From: an uncultured virus (IMG/VR IMGVR_UViG_2645728113_000006)
Taxonomy: Duplodnaviria > Heunggongvirae > Uroviricota > Caudoviricetes
Virus record (IMG/VR): IMGVR_UViG_2645728113_000006
Direction: 5' to 3' (one strand)
Length of the DNA: 64,000 nucleotides
Made by a program: the position numbers and the translations under genes. Numbering within the stretch: position 1 is the stretch's first letter; each line of letters begins with the position of its first letter. The notes below the pieces were generated by a model. That model searched no databases and was not told where the DNA came from. It saw nothing but the letters and a program-made list of their open reading frames with translations. This document shows, piece after piece, positions 50,569 to 58,662 of this stretch.

Positions 50569-51024
50569 TCATTGCGGCATCGGTGGCCAGCTTTTGGACT
50601 CTTCGACTACGTTGGCGATTACTTCTTCGATGGTTGTCTTTTCGCCGCGAGCCTCGGCATGAAAAAGATCAATTATTGCGTTGAGCATTATTTCCTGTGT
50701 GACGCCATGCTTCGCTGCTTCGCCTTGTAGATTTTCGATGGTGCTTTTCGGTAACGCTAGGACTAGGTCTTTCTTGCCCTCAGCGACTAGCGCCATTTCT
50801 AAAACCTCGGGCTGGTCATCAACATCCTGCAGTTTTTCCACTTCACAACCGAGTGCTTTAGAGAGCTTGACTAATGCGGTCATGCGAGGAACCGAGGTGC
50901 CCATCTCATACCGTCCTATTTGAGGAACGCTTAAGCCACTCGCCTTCGCAAGATCGCGCTGTGTCATTCCCGCGTCTGCGCGGAGGCGGACGAGCCGGGA
51001 AGGGAAGCCTTTCGGGTGGTACAT
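50569..51024 (-). CDS. XRE-family HTH regulator
   Basis: LVRLRADAGMTQRDLAKASGLSVPQIGRYE; alternative start at 51054. Confidence 0.88.
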   Translation of the reverse strand: MYHPKGFPSRLVRLRADAGMTQRDLAKASGLSVPQIGRYEMGTSVPRMTALVKLSKALGCEVEKLQDVDDQPEVLEMALVAEGKKDLVLALPKSTIENLQGEAAKHGVTQEIMLNAIIDLFHAEARGEKTTIEEVIANVVEESKSWPPMPQ

Positions 51025-51158
51025 GCTGATTCCATACTGTGGTGTGGAAAACATGATGTTCGCGAAACATTGTCAGCGCAAGAAGATGATGGCAAATGAT
51101 GTTGACTAGACGTCGTAAATGATGCGTAATGATGTCTAGTGATTGTTAAGGAGGTTTT

Positions 51159-51326
51159 ATGAGGTCGGAAAAATCGCGATACCCGCTCAGCTTGGAGGCA
51201 TCTGTGAAAGTGCAGGCAGAAGGTGAAGCAAAGAAAAATCGACGCAGTTTGAATGCCGAACTCGGACTGTTAATCGAGGAGGGACTGAAATGGAGGGAGC
51301 AAACGAGCAAGCAGGCAGTAGCCTAA
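51159..51326 (+). CDS. Arc-family ribbon-helix-helix repressor, 55 aa (not in ORF track)
   Basis: AAGGAGG RBS; ...EAKKNRRSLNAELGLLIEEGL. Confidence 0.82.
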   Translation: MRSEKSRYPLSLEASVKVQAEGEAKKNRRSLNAELGLLIEEGLKWREQTSKQAVA

Positions 51327-51394
51327 AACGAAGAAACCCCGGCTTGCAGGCCAGGGCTTCGGGTAACGAGATCAACTACCAGGAAGAAATCGTC

Positions 51395-52258
51395 ATGAGC
51401 GATATTAGCACAACCGTTTCGAATGTCATCCCGTTCAATTTCGGCAAGCAGCAGGTGCGTACGCTGCTGATTGATGATCAGCCGTGGTTCGTGGCTAACG
51501 ATGTTTCTGCTGCGCTTCAGTACAGCGAAGCGTCGGCGATGACTCGGCATTTGGACGACGATGAAAAGGGTCTGTCGATTGTGCAGACCCTTGGCGGCGA
51601 TCAGGAAATGCTGGTCATCAACGAGTCAGGCCTTTACTCGGCAATCCTGCGCAGCCGTAAGGCTGAAGCCAAACGCTTTAAGAAGTGGGTCACCGCTGAA
51701 GTCCTCCCGGCGATTCGCAAGCAGGGCAGCTACCAAGATTCCAGCAATAAAATGAAGGCGCTGATGGATGATCTGGTCGACATGACCGAGACGAATGCAC
51801 TGAAGGGCTTGGCGCGCCACAAGGTGGCACATCTTCCAGCCTCCATTCAGCGCAGTGCTTCCGCTCGTATTTATTCGGCAGTGCACACACGTTTCAACGT
51901 GCCGCGTCTTGAGCTTATCCCTGCAAGCCAGTTCGAGTCGGCGTGCAACTTCATCGCGGCCTACGCCGTTCTTGAGGGAGAGTTCATTCCGAAGGGGAAC
52001 GGCAAGCCATTCGACATCCCGGAGAAGCTTGGCCAGTGTGAGCGCTATCTCGTCAGCGCAGATCCTCACGGCAATCGGCAGGTCACGCCGGTGCCAATGG
52101 GGGCGTTCGTCCTGACTCGGCAGCAGTTCATGCAGTCAATGCTTGTTGATCGAGATATGCCAGTTTCCACAGCGGAGATGTTCGAGTTTGTAGCGCTGGC
52201 GACCGAAAACCTGCGCTACCGCTTTCTGTTCCAGGCTGCCCGGAGGGACGCAGCATGA
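51395..52258 (+). CDS. BRO-N antirepressor
   Basis: PWFVANDV; INESGLYSAILRSRKAEAKRFKKWVT.EVLP.IRK. Confidence 0.9.
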   Translation: MSDISTTVSNVIPFNFGKQQVRTLLIDDQPWFVANDVSAALQYSEASAMTRHLDDDEKGLSIVQTLGGDQEMLVINESGLYSAILRSRKAEAKRFKKWVTAEVLPAIRKQGSYQDSSNKMKALMDDLVDMTETNALKGLARHKVAHLPASIQRSASARIYSAVHTRFNVPRLELIPASQFESACNFIAAYAVLEGEFIPKGNGKPFDIPEKLGQCERYLVSADPHGNRQVTPVPMGAFVLTRQQFMQSMLVDRDMPVSTAEMFEFVALATENLRYRFLFQAARRDAA

Positions 52259-52830
52259 GCATGGAACTTGTCACACTAAAAATTACCGGCACGTCACCGC
52301 TGATGATGCACAGCGACAAGCTGGCCAACCCTTTGAATCCAGCAACAAAGGCTCACAAGGAATTGACCGGTAAGCGCAAGAAGACGGACGACGATCATCT
52401 TGCCATTGCTCGCTCTGAGTTTATCGCTGGTGCCTACCACGATGAAAAGCTTGGCTTTTTTGTGCCAGGTGCGAATTTCGATGCGACGTTCTTGGCTGGC
52501 GCGAAGCTCCAAAAGCTGGGCACTCAATGGAAGCGCGGAGCGGTTGTGATGACTGACAAGGCGAAGCTTGAGTTCTCTGGCCCGACAACGCCTGACTCTC
52601 TTTGGGAGGATCAGCGGTTCGTTGACTGCCGCGGAGTAAAAGTTGGTCAAGCCAAGATCATGCGATACCGCCCGATCTTTCTTGAGTGGGCCGTGGAGCT
52701 GGAAGTTGCAATCAACGCTGACGTACTCAACATCGAGGAAGCAAAAAAAGCGATCACTGATTCTGGCCTGTTGATTGGGGTCTGTGAATACAGACCGCGC
52801 TTCGGTCGCTTCGAGGTGGAATATGTCTGA
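52255..52830 (+). CDS. Stand-alone RAMP/Cas7-like protein (candidate guide-RNA effector)
   Basis: N-terminal strand ITGTSPLMMH, VPGANF, RYRP.F.EW, C-terminal Gly loop GLLIGVCEYRPRFGRFEV; fold inferred by eye. Confidence 0.7.
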   Translation: MSMELVTLKITGTSPLMMHSDKLANPLNPATKAHKELTGKRKKTDDDHLAIARSEFIAGAYHDEKLGFFVPGANFDATFLAGAKLQKLGTQWKRGAVVMTDKAKLEFSGPTTPDSLWEDQRFVDCRGVKVGQAKIMRYRPIFLEWAVELEVAINADVLNIEEAKKAITDSGLLIGVCEYRPRFGRFEVEYV

Positions 52831-53281
52831 GTTGACAAAGCACCCGAGCTATAAGCAAGCCGTTGAAGACTTCCTCAAGGAGTTCAAATACGGTGATTTG
52901 GTCGGACATGAATGGCTGGAGGCTCGTTTCGGCATGCCGTCAATGACCGATTCGAAGTCGCTGACTGTTGAGAAGTTTCGTGAGCGTCAGTTCGAGTGGC
53001 TGGCGAACGTCGAGGCATTCAAGTCGGACTTGCTCAAACATCATCAAGTCTGCCTTCAGTCAGTGCGCGGGCGTGGTTATCGATGGGTGCCGCCTCATGA
53101 GCAGACAGAAGTTGCGGTAACTGAGTTGGGCCGGAATGTCAGGAAGGCGTTTCGCGGGAGTGGAGAAAAGCTGAGAAATTTGAGGATTACGGAGCTTACC
53201 GATGATCAGCGACGGGCAAACCTTGACGCTGTTGCAAAGTTTTCCGCGCTCCAGGGCATGACTCGAAAGGCTCTTGGTTAA
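52823..53281 (+). CDS. Winged-helix-like accessory protein coupled to the RAMP-like gene
   Basis: 8 bp overlap; LQSVRGRGYRW wing-like motif; stop lies 3 bp before the array. Confidence 0.7.
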   Translation: MSELTKHPSYKQAVEDFLKEFKYGDLVGHEWLEARFGMPSMTDSKSLTVEKFRERQFEWLANVEAFKSDLLKHHQVCLQSVRGRGYRWVPPHEQTEVAVTELGRNVRKAFRGSGEKLRNLRITELTDDQRRANLDAVAKFSALQGMTRKALG

Positions 53282-53284
53282 TAG

Positions 53285-53556
53285 CAGCGTAATATCCTTT
53301 CTATGAGAGGGCATTGCGGTGCGAATGCATCATGTGGCGTGGCGAGACAAGGTTGGGCGAGGTCTGGTTAGGTCGGGCATGTCTAGGTGAGGGCTGACAA
53401 CAGCGTAATGCCGATTGGAATCAGTCGGCATTGCGGTGGCAGAAGCCGCTGGCAGGTTCTGGTCCGGCAAGTCGCGGCTAGGCCCGGCGGGGTGTGATTT
53501 GATTTGGTATGGGCTGATAACAGCGTAATGTCTCTTCTTGGAGGAGGCATTGCAGT
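53285..53556 (+). ncRNA. Candidate guide-RNA array: three structured repeats separated by two GGY-NN pentamer tracts
   Basis: CAGCGTAAT-hairpin-GCATTGC at 53285, 53401, 53521; 5 nt periodic tracts at 53336-53390 and 53451-53510. Confidence 0.8.
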
Positions 53557-53578
53557 TTTAGAAGGTTTCGATTGACAT

Positions 53579-53599
53579 GGCCCGCATTGCGGGCTTTCG
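53579..53599 (+). terminator. Terminator closing the array
   Basis: GGCCCGC-ATT-GCGGGCT followed by a short T run. Confidence 0.6.
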
Positions 53600-53652
53600 T
53601 GTTGCTCTCTGCCTGGTGATAAAGTCTCGCCATATCTCAACGAGGGAGCGAC

Positions 53653-54054
53653 ATGAAACTGTTCGTAGGATTTTTTTTTATTTTGAGCTTGGTCGGCTGC
53701 TCTAGTTCGCCCATATCTGCCGACAAGGCCGATCCGGTGCCAAGCTCTCGGCTTTATGCCTTCGCTGCAAAGTCCGATTCTCAACTCATTGTTACCCGAG
53801 ATGGCGGGATGTTTGGATCTGGATGCAATTACCGTTTCTATATCAATGGGGAGCTTGCTGCCGAATTCTCCTCGGGGGAGGTGGCCAGGTTTGGTGTTAA
53901 GGCCGGCCGAGTAGTGCTTGGCGCGAAGCCAAGCGCAGCTTGCGGGGGAGGGATGATGGTTGAGCGCGATGTCGAAATAAAAAGCGGAGAAGTTTTGAGA
54001 AGAAGAATATCCATGTCGCCCGGCGGTCCAGATATATCAGCTACCGCTTATTGA
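53653..54054 (+). CDS. Lipoprotein moron
   Basis: Signal peptide with LVGC lipobox; own RBS and terminator. Confidence 0.8.
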   Translation: MKLFVGFFFILSLVGCSSSPISADKADPVPSSRLYAFAAKSDSQLIVTRDGGMFGSGCNYRFYINGELAAEFSSGEVARFGVKAGRVVLGAKPSAACGGGMMVERDVEIKSGEVLRRRISMSPGGPDISATAY

Positions 54055-54101
54055 TCCCATTAAGCCCGCTACAGCGGGTTTTTTTTCGCCTGGAGAAAAC
54101 T

Positions 54102-54701
54102 ATGTCAGCACTCGCAATTAATTATCAGCCGATGACTACCATCTTGCTTTATGGGCAGCTTAGGCAATTTGGAAGATCTTTCAGGTTGTCAGTTAAGTCC
54201 CCAGCCGAGGCTATCAAGGCGCTATGCGTACAGATCCCTGGCTTCGAGCGGTTCCTGTCGAACGCCAAGTCTCGCGGCATTGAGTTTGCCGTGTTTCGAG
54301 GGTCAAAAAATCTTGCAGAAAAAGAATTAGGATTTGGCGGTTCCGGAGAAATCCGTATAGCGCCTGTAATTACGGGCCGAAAGCGCGCAGGCCTGATGCA
54401 GACCATTTTGGGCGCCATATTGATTGTGGTAGGTTTTTTTGCTTTCGGGTCGACAACAACTACAGGCGCAGCGCTCATAGCGGGCGGTATCGGTAGTGCT
54501 GCTGGGGGCGTAATCCAAATGCTTAGTCCGCAGGCGGCAGGCCTCAAGATGAGCGCTGCGCCCGAAAACCAGCCTGGATATGCATTTGGCTCGGCGCAGA
54601 ACACAACTGCATCCGGCAACCCGGTCCCGCTCTGCTACGGCAAGCGCAGGGTCGGCGGGGCGATTATTAGCGCCGCGATATACGCCGAAGACCAGATGTA
54701 G
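54102..54701 (+). CDS. Tail assembly protein I
   Basis: SPAEAIKAL; YAFG..NT..GNPVPLCYG..GGAIISA. Confidence 0.9.
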   Translation: MSALAINYQPMTTILLYGQLRQFGRSFRLSVKSPAEAIKALCVQIPGFERFLSNAKSRGIEFAVFRGSKNLAEKELGFGGSGEIRIAPVITGRKRAGLMQTILGAILIVVGFFAFGSTTTTGAALIAGGIGSAAGGVIQMLSPQAAGLKMSAAPENQPGYAFGSAQNTTASGNPVPLCYGKRRVGGAIISAAIYAEDQM

Positions 54702-54760
54702 ACATCACTTTAAGCGTCGCAGCCGCCCACGAGGCGGTTTTTTATTGCCTGGAGAAAAGC

Positions 54761-57700
54761 ATGGGCGCAGCACAAAAGATCGATATACACGGCGCCAAAG
54801 GCGGCGAAGGTAAACCAAAAACGCCGACTGAGGCCCCGGACAGTCTGCGCTCTGTTGCTATCGCAAAAATGCTCATTGCCGTGGGCGAGGGTGAGTTCGA
54901 GGGCACGCCAACTGCCAAAGACATCTATCTCGACAACACGCCCCTGCAAGACCCTCAAGGCAACATAAATTTCCCGAACGTGAAGTGGGAGTGGCGCACC
55001 GGTGCCGTGGACCAGAGCTATATCCAGGGCATCCCTTCGGTCGAGAACGAGACCACGATCAGTACCGAGCTGCGCAGCGGGACACCGTGGGTACGGGCCA
55101 TCAGCAATACCCAGCTTTCCGCTGTTCGCGTCCGTTTTGCGTGGCCTGTGCTTCAGTCCGTGGACTCTGGTGGCAACGTCAATGGCTACCGGATTGAATA
55201 CAAGGTTGAGCTGGCCACCGATGGCGGCGCCTATCAGCAGGTGCTGAGCGAGGCTGTCGACGGCAAGACCACCAGCCTGTACGAGCGCACGCGCCGTATC
55301 AATTTGCCGAAGGCCACTTCTGGTTGGCTGATGCGGATCACTCGCCTGACCGCGAATCAGAACAACAACAAAATCTCCGACACGATGCAAATTGCCGGCT
55401 TCACCGAGGTGATCGACGCGAAGATCCGCTACCCGAATACTGCGCTGCTTTACATCGAGTTCTCGGCCGAGCAGTTCCGCAGCATTCCTGCCGTTACCGT
55501 CGAGACCAAACTGAAGAAGATGCAGGTGCCGAGCAACTACGACCCAGTGTCGCGCACCTACTCGGGCGTCTGGGATGGCACGTTTAAGCAGGCTTGGACC
55601 GACAACGCGGTCTGGATGACCTACGACATCAGTACCGCCGACCGCTTCGGCCTGGGTCGCCGCATCAAGCCGTGGATGGTTGATATTTGGGAGTTGTATC
55701 GTATTTCCCAATACTGCGACCAGTTGGTGCCGGACGGGAAGGGGGGCCTGGAACCGCGCTTCATCTGCAACTTGAACCTGCAGAGCAAAGCCGATGCCTG
55801 GTCACTGCTGCGTGACATATCGGCGATCTACCGAGGCATGACCTACTGGGCCCAGGGCCAGGTCTTCACCCTGTCGGATATGCCGCGTGCCACTGACTTC
55901 GACTTCGCCTATACCAGGGCCAACGTCCTTGACGGTAAGTTCACCTACTCCAGCGCGTCGGAGCGTACCCGGTACACCCGGGCGCTGATCAGCTACGACA
56001 ACCCGCTGAACAACTACGACACCGATGTCACTGCTGTGACCGATGCAAAGCTCCAGCGGCGCTATGGTGACAATCCGCTGGAGATCAGCGCAATTGGTTG
56101 TACCCGCGAGTCCGAGGCCCAGCGCCGCGGCAAGTGGGCGCTGCTGACCAACTCCAAGGATCGGGCGGTTACCTTCAAGGTCGGCCTCGACGGTCGCATC
56201 CCGCTTCCTGGTTACGTGATCCCCATTGCTGACGAACTGCTTGCAGGTCGGCCGGTGGGTGGCCGTATCTCGGCGGTGAACGGAAAGGTCATCACCCTGG
56301 ACCGTGACACCCAGGCCAAGCCCGGCGACCGGTTGATCCTCAACTTGCCAGACGGCAAGTGCGAGGGGCGCACGGTGCAACTGGTCAGTGGCCGACAGGT
56401 CACCGTAACCCTGGCCTACTCCGTACCACCGGAGCGTGAACTAGTGTGGGCGCTGGACGCCGACGATCTGGCGATCCCGCTTTACCGGGTGGTCAGCGTG
56501 GCGCGGCCAGAGCCCGGCGTATTTGAAATCTCAGCCGTGCAGTACGACCCCAGCAAGTTCGATCACATCGACACCGGCGCCCGGTTGGAAGAGCGGCCTA
56601 TCAGCGTTGTACCGATCACCGTAGTTCCTGCCCCGACGAGCGTCGACATCACGTCGAACTACTCCGTGGACCAGGGCCTGGCAATCAGCACCATGAATAT
56701 CTCGTGGCCTGCTGTGGCTGGCGCAGTGGCTTATGACGTGGAGTGGCGCAAGGACAGCGGAAACTGGATCAAGCTGCAGCGCACCGGCTCTACCAGCGTT
56801 GACGTCACCGGCATTTACTCGGGCGCATATCTCGCCCGTGTTCGGTCGGTGAGCGCGTTCGAGATTTCGTCCATTTGGAAGAGCTCCAATCTGACCAACC
56901 TGGAAGGGAAGGTCGGCCTCCCGCCGGCCGTGGCGTTCCTGTCCACCACTAGCGAGCTGTTCGGCATTGGCATTCGCTGGGGTTTCCCGGCTGACGCCGA
57001 GGATACCCAGCGCACCGAGCTCTGGTATGGACAGGCTAATGATCTGTCGGTGGCGACCAAACTCGCAGACTTGGCGCACCCCCAAGCGAATTACAGCATG
57101 CAGGCCCTAAAGGCCGGCGCGCAGTTCTTCTTCTGGGCTCGCCTGGTCGACCGTACCGGTAACGTTGGCCCGTTCTATCCCGTCGGTAACGGCGTGATGG
57201 GGATGGCAAGTGCCGATGCGGCGCCGGTGCTGGATTTGATCGCCGGGCAGATTGGGCGTACGGAGCTGGGCAAGGACATCACGGACGAGATCGACAAGAT
57301 CCCAGGGCTGCAGGCGCAGATCGACGCGCTCGATGGGTTGTCCGCCTACGACCCGGAGTCGACCTACCTTGAGTTTGACCTAGTGGTGGTTGGTAAGCGG
57401 ATCTACCAGGCCACCGGCCCGGTACCCGTCGATACGCCACCACCGAATGCCAACTACTGGCAGGACGTGGGTCAGGCGGTGGTCACTGCCAATGGCCTTG
57501 CGCGTCAAGTTGAGATCAATACCACCAGCATCACCGAACTGGACGGGGTGGTCACGGCTCAGGCGTCAAGTCTTCAGGCGTTGCAATCGGCTTATCGGGA
57601 CGACACGGGGGAGGGGGATCTGGTTGATGCACTCCAGGGCTACAACGCCTCGGCGAGTTTCGCGCAGGAAGTGAAGACGCAGGCCACGAAGAACGCAGCC

Positions 57701-58324
57701 ATGGTGCAGCGGCAGACCGAACTTACTGCAGAGGTGGGCGACGTCGCCGGCACCGTAACTGATCTGGAAAGAGTTGTGGTCACTGATCGGGAGGCGACTG
57801 CCCAGGCCATCCAGCAGGTCGGCGTGAAGATCGGCGAAAACACGGCTGATATCCAGACCGTGAGCAAGGCCCAAGCAGACACAGACGGCAAGCTCTCAAC
57901 GATGTGGTCCGTGAAGATGCAGCTCAATGCGAATGGCCAGTACGTCGCGGCAGGCATCGGGCTTGGTATCGAGAACGTAGATGGTCAGTTGCAGAGCCAG
58001 TTCCTGGTGAGCGCCGACAGGTTCGCCGTGGTGAACAACATCAATGGCGTGCTTTCTACACCATTCACCGTGCAGAACGGCCAGGTGTTCATGCGATCTG
58101 CCTTCATCGAGGACGGCAGCATCTCGATGCTGAAGATCGGTGAGGCTCTGCAGTCCAACAACTACGTCGCTGGCGTTCAGGGGTGGCGTTTGGATAAGGC
58201 CGGGAACCTTGAGTTCAACGGTCCGGCACCTGGTGGTGGACGCCTGACGATGACCAATCGTGCGATCAAGGTGTACGACGAAAACAACGTCAAGCGGGTG
58301 CAGCTAGGGGATCTGACAGCATGA
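54761..58324 (+). CDS. Tail tip / host specificity protein J
   Basis: GAKGG start, YPNTAL, YCDQLVPDG, FN3 region, ADRFAV C-terminus. Confidence 0.93.
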   Translation: MGAAQKIDIHGAKGGEGKPKTPTEAPDSLRSVAIAKMLIAVGEGEFEGTPTAKDIYLDNTPLQDPQGNINFPNVKWEWRTGAVDQSYIQGIPSVENETTISTELRSGTPWVRAISNTQLSAVRVRFAWPVLQSVDSGGNVNGYRIEYKVELATDGGAYQQVLSEAVDGKTTSLYERTRRINLPKATSGWLMRITRLTANQNNNKISDTMQIAGFTEVIDAKIRYPNTALLYIEFSAEQFRSIPAVTVETKLKKMQVPSNYDPVSRTYSGVWDGTFKQAWTDNAVWMTYDISTADRFGLGRRIKPWMVDIWELYRISQYCDQLVPDGKGGLEPRFICNLNLQSKADAWSLLRDISAIYRGMTYWAQGQVFTLSDMPRATDFDFAYTRANVLDGKFTYSSASERTRYTRALISYDNPLNNYDTDVTAVTDAKLQRRYGDNPLEISAIGCTRESEAQRRGKWALLTNSKDRAVTFKVGLDGRIPLPGYVIPIADELLAGRPVGGRISAVNGKVITLDRDTQAKPGDRLILNLPDGKCEGRTVQLVSGRQVTVTLAYSVPPERELVWALDADDLAIPLYRVVSVARPEPGVFEISAVQYDPSKFDHIDTGARLEERPISVVPITVVPAPTSVDITSNYSVDQGLAISTMNISWPAVAGAVAYDVEWRKDSGNWIKLQRTGSTSVDVTGIYSGAYLARVRSVSAFEISSIWKSSNLTNLEGKVGLPPAVAFLSTTSELFGIGIRWGFPADAEDTQRTELWYGQANDLSVATKLADLAHPQANYSMQALKAGAQFFFWARLVDRTGNVGPFYPVGNGVMGMASADAAPVLDLIAGQIGRTELGKDITDEIDKIPGLQAQIDALDGLSAYDPESTYLEFDLVVVGKRIYQATGPVPVDTPPPNANYWQDVGQAVVTANGLARQVEINTTSITELDGVVTAQASSLQALQSAYRDDTGEGDLVDALQGYNASASFAQEVKTQATKNAAMVQRQTELTAEVGDVAGTVTDLERVVVTDREATAQAIQQVGVKIGENTADIQTVSKAQADTDGKLSTMWSVKMQLNANGQYVAAGIGLGIENVDGQLQSQFLVSADRFAVVNNINGVLSTPFTVQNGQVFMRSAFIEDGSISMLKIGEALQSNNYVAGVQGWRLDKAGNLEFNGPAPGGGRLTMTNRAIKVYDENNVKRVQLGDLTA

Positions 58325-58662
58325 TCGCAGGAATCAGAATATGGGGGCCTACTGGCCTCCTTGAATTGGATGAGAACTCTTTCACTGTGAGGGTTGTTTA
58401 TTCTGGCCTCGTTGCTCGTACTCCAGGGGGTGGGAGAAATACCTATATTGCAATTCCGGGGGTAAGCCCGGCTACGCACTCAGCTATATGCATTCCAGTT
58501 GGGGCATACCCGCAAGACCCCAGTGCACAAAATGCTTATGCAGTTCAGTACGAGCCTCAGGTAGCTGACGGTGGAGTTTATGTTTGGTTTGGTAACAGGC
58601 TTCATGCCCAGGGTGCCACAGGTCTATCCACGCAGAGACTGTTAGTGATGAGGTATAGATAA
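58321..58662 (+). CDS. Tail tip accessory protein
   Basis: ATGA overlap with J; GIRIWG motif. Confidence 0.75.
   Translation: MIAGIRIWGPTGLLELDENSFTVRVVYSGLVARTPGGGRNTYIAIPGVSPATHSAICIPVGAYPQDPSAQNAYAVQYEPQVADGGVYVWFGNRLHAQGATGLSTQRLLVMRYR

Noticed and set aside
53285..53556. Canonical CRISPR array
   Set aside because: Repeats vary in sequence, the intervening tracts are periodic GGY-NN rather than contiguous foreign sequence, and no adaptation or nuclease cas genes were recognised
53383..53784. 133 aa minus-strand ORF over the array
   Set aside because: Antisense to the lipoprotein and crosses a terminator; 5 nt periodicity does not fit coding
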